Origin: Diplonema japonicum | Lineage: Eukaryota > Protista > Euglenozoa: Diplonemea | NCBI GenBank assembly: GCA_964019335.1 | Contig: OZ025703.1 | Location: 124,001 to 188,000, forward strand | DNA length: 64,000 bases | Direction: 5' to 3' | Shown here: in pieces, positions 62,329 to 64,000 of the stretch | How the letters are laid out: each line of letters opens with the position of its first letter | Numbering within the stretch: the first letter of the stretch is position 1 | Translations under genes and position numbers: made by a program | The notes under the pieces: generated by a model | Databases searched by the model: none | Told to the model about the DNA's origin: nothing | What the model saw: only the letters and a program-made list of their open reading frames with translations

Positions 62329-64000
62329 CCATCTACCAACGGACCATTTTTGCCCACCAGGGGGTAAATTTTCAAAACTTCAAAAAAAACTATTCTAGCG
62401 CAACGCCGGGGCTATATGCCCCCGGAAATGCCTCCAGATGTCCCAATTCTACAGAGAGGGTACCCACAGCAGGGCCCACCCATTGTCAAAAATATCGTTC
62501 CCAAAGTGCTCGAGAGGGGGTACAAAAAACAAGTCAAAAAAAATCGACTGTAAAATTCTATAAAAAGCTATTTAAGGCATTCTTGACGCGGTTCGTACGT
62601 GCTCCAGGGCTGGGGGACTTCTTTTTTGACCCCGAGAGGGGTTTCTGGGGTATCCCCGGCAAGGTGGTAGTTTTTGAAGCACGGAGTCACGCAAAGTTGT
62701 ACCAAGCAGGCTGACTACTGAAATAGGGTTCTTTTCGACTTGCAATGCTTGCACCGCACGTTGTGCTACTTTTTCGGGGAAATGGTCCCAGAAGGTACTG
62801 TTGCGGCGTATTGGGGCCTCAGGGCACTCGTTCTGTGTTTCGGGGCATGGTATTGGGGCAGCCTGCTCTGTAGTTGACTTTAGCTGTTGTTTGGGCAGCC
62901 TCCCTAGTAGCCCTTCGATGACTGCCTCTTTGAAAGGCGTGAATCCACTGTCGTTCGTACTCAGGGTGTTGGGGGGCAATGCTTCTTTCCAAACAAGCCG
63001 GGTATTTGCCATCTAACAAGTACGAAAATACTTTCAGGGGCCACTTCGAAGTCATAAGGGTGCGTTTATGGCGTTTTGTCACAGCATCACCCAGCGTCGG
63101 TTCCGCCCATTGCGGTGTTGTAAATATGCACTTGGTGGGGAGCGGGATGTCCTTTCCAGAGGGCCTCCGGTTTTTCATTCTCTTTTGGCCGACACGTCAA
63201 ATTTGACTTCACCAGAACATCCAACGTCGACAGAAAGCGCACAGGCTTGATGGCATGCCACGTTGTGGTGCAAGGGATGCTCACGTGCTGGTGGAACTGG
63301 GTGTCTCCACGGGGTGCGCGTCCTTGGGCTTGCGGCCTCGCTTCTTTGGGGCATCCGTGATCTCCGGGAGGCCTTTGCGATAGGTAGAAGTCAGCACGCT
63401 TGTTTGTTTCGCTGTGGAAACACAGATTTCCCAGAATAGTCAAAAAGCGGTCGCTTGACACGACGGTGGCGTACCCAGGGGTGTGGCTGAGAGACGTGGA
63501 GCCTGTGTGCCAGTAATCAGAATAATCTGGCTTGATATCCAAGTCCATCGACAATAGGGCACCTAGGAAGGTACGCAGAGAAGCAGCATCGAGATCCAGG
63601 GAAACACCTTTTTTAGCCGCATTTGCCACATTGTTCGAAGTTATGACCAAATAATGTTTGGGATGAGCATTTGGGATAATATATGGTACGGCGTTGAGCC
63701 TCTGATGTCAAAACAGGGTCCACAAGGATTCCGATCTTCACGAAACCGGATGCCTTCCAACTGCTCCGGCTTTGCCGTCTTATCACCCTGCTGTGACTCG
63801 GAATCGGTCGAATTCGTATCAGAATCACTGTCCGTATCAAAATTGCATAATAGGGATGAGCCATCAGTGCTACCATCACTCATAATGTCCTCTTTCGGCC
63901 TCTTTCTGGGTGCCCTTTTTTGAAGTGATCTTTAAGGGTAAATTTGGGCTGGCGTTTTTTTCATTATTTTTTCATTTTCTTGCAAAGTTAGGGCAGCATT
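62329..64000 (-). mobile_element. Longer degenerate piggyBac copy with transposase pseudogene; runs off the window
   Basis: TTAA|CCATCTACCAACG TIR; - strand LRTFLGALLSM...PDYSDYW...SSDRFLTILGNLCF, YNTAMGGTD, KWPLKVFSYLLD and RCKHC...*SAC..LCVTPCFKNYH, with stops and frameshifts. Confidence 0.92.

Overview
Eukaryotic nuclear DNA, most likely from a free-living euglenozoan such as a diplonemid. This is an inference from the BILBO1-family gene, the MGCC/PDZ PI-PLC-like gene, GTATG splice donors and a one-strand gene cluster that still carries many cis-introns. About 23 protein genes all lie on the + strand, separated by homopolymer-rich (A/T/G/C run) spacers. I reconstructed 24 GT-AG introns by restoring reading frame and conserved motifs. 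Most are 32-69 nt and carry poly(A) tracts instead of a polypyrimidine tract, while the three longer ones keep U-tracts. Recognisable genes: IscU, GUCD1, a UGA(Sec)-type glutathione peroxidase missed by the ORF track, an LRR/coiled-coil protein, a six-domain adenylate kinase with CS/PDZ-like N-terminus, a BILBO1-like protein, a WD40/coiled-coil protein, a pseudo-PI-PLC, CPSF30, a single-chain eIF2gamma-eIF2beta fusion, sedolisin/TPP1, two CCCH RS/RD proteins, a DED1/DDX3 helicase, an AidB-like acyl-CoA dehydrogenase, VPS16, YME1/FtsH and a SAM-Rab32-like GTPase. Mobile DNA: two related piggyBac copies plus a relic, a 5'-truncated non-LTR retrotransposon, two or three MITE-like elements, short retroposon tails and a (TTTTA)n microsatellite. 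The most novel-looking items are the eIF2gamma-beta fusion, the A-tract/hairpin micro-intron class, the Sec-GPx with no evident SECIS, and the hexameric AK.
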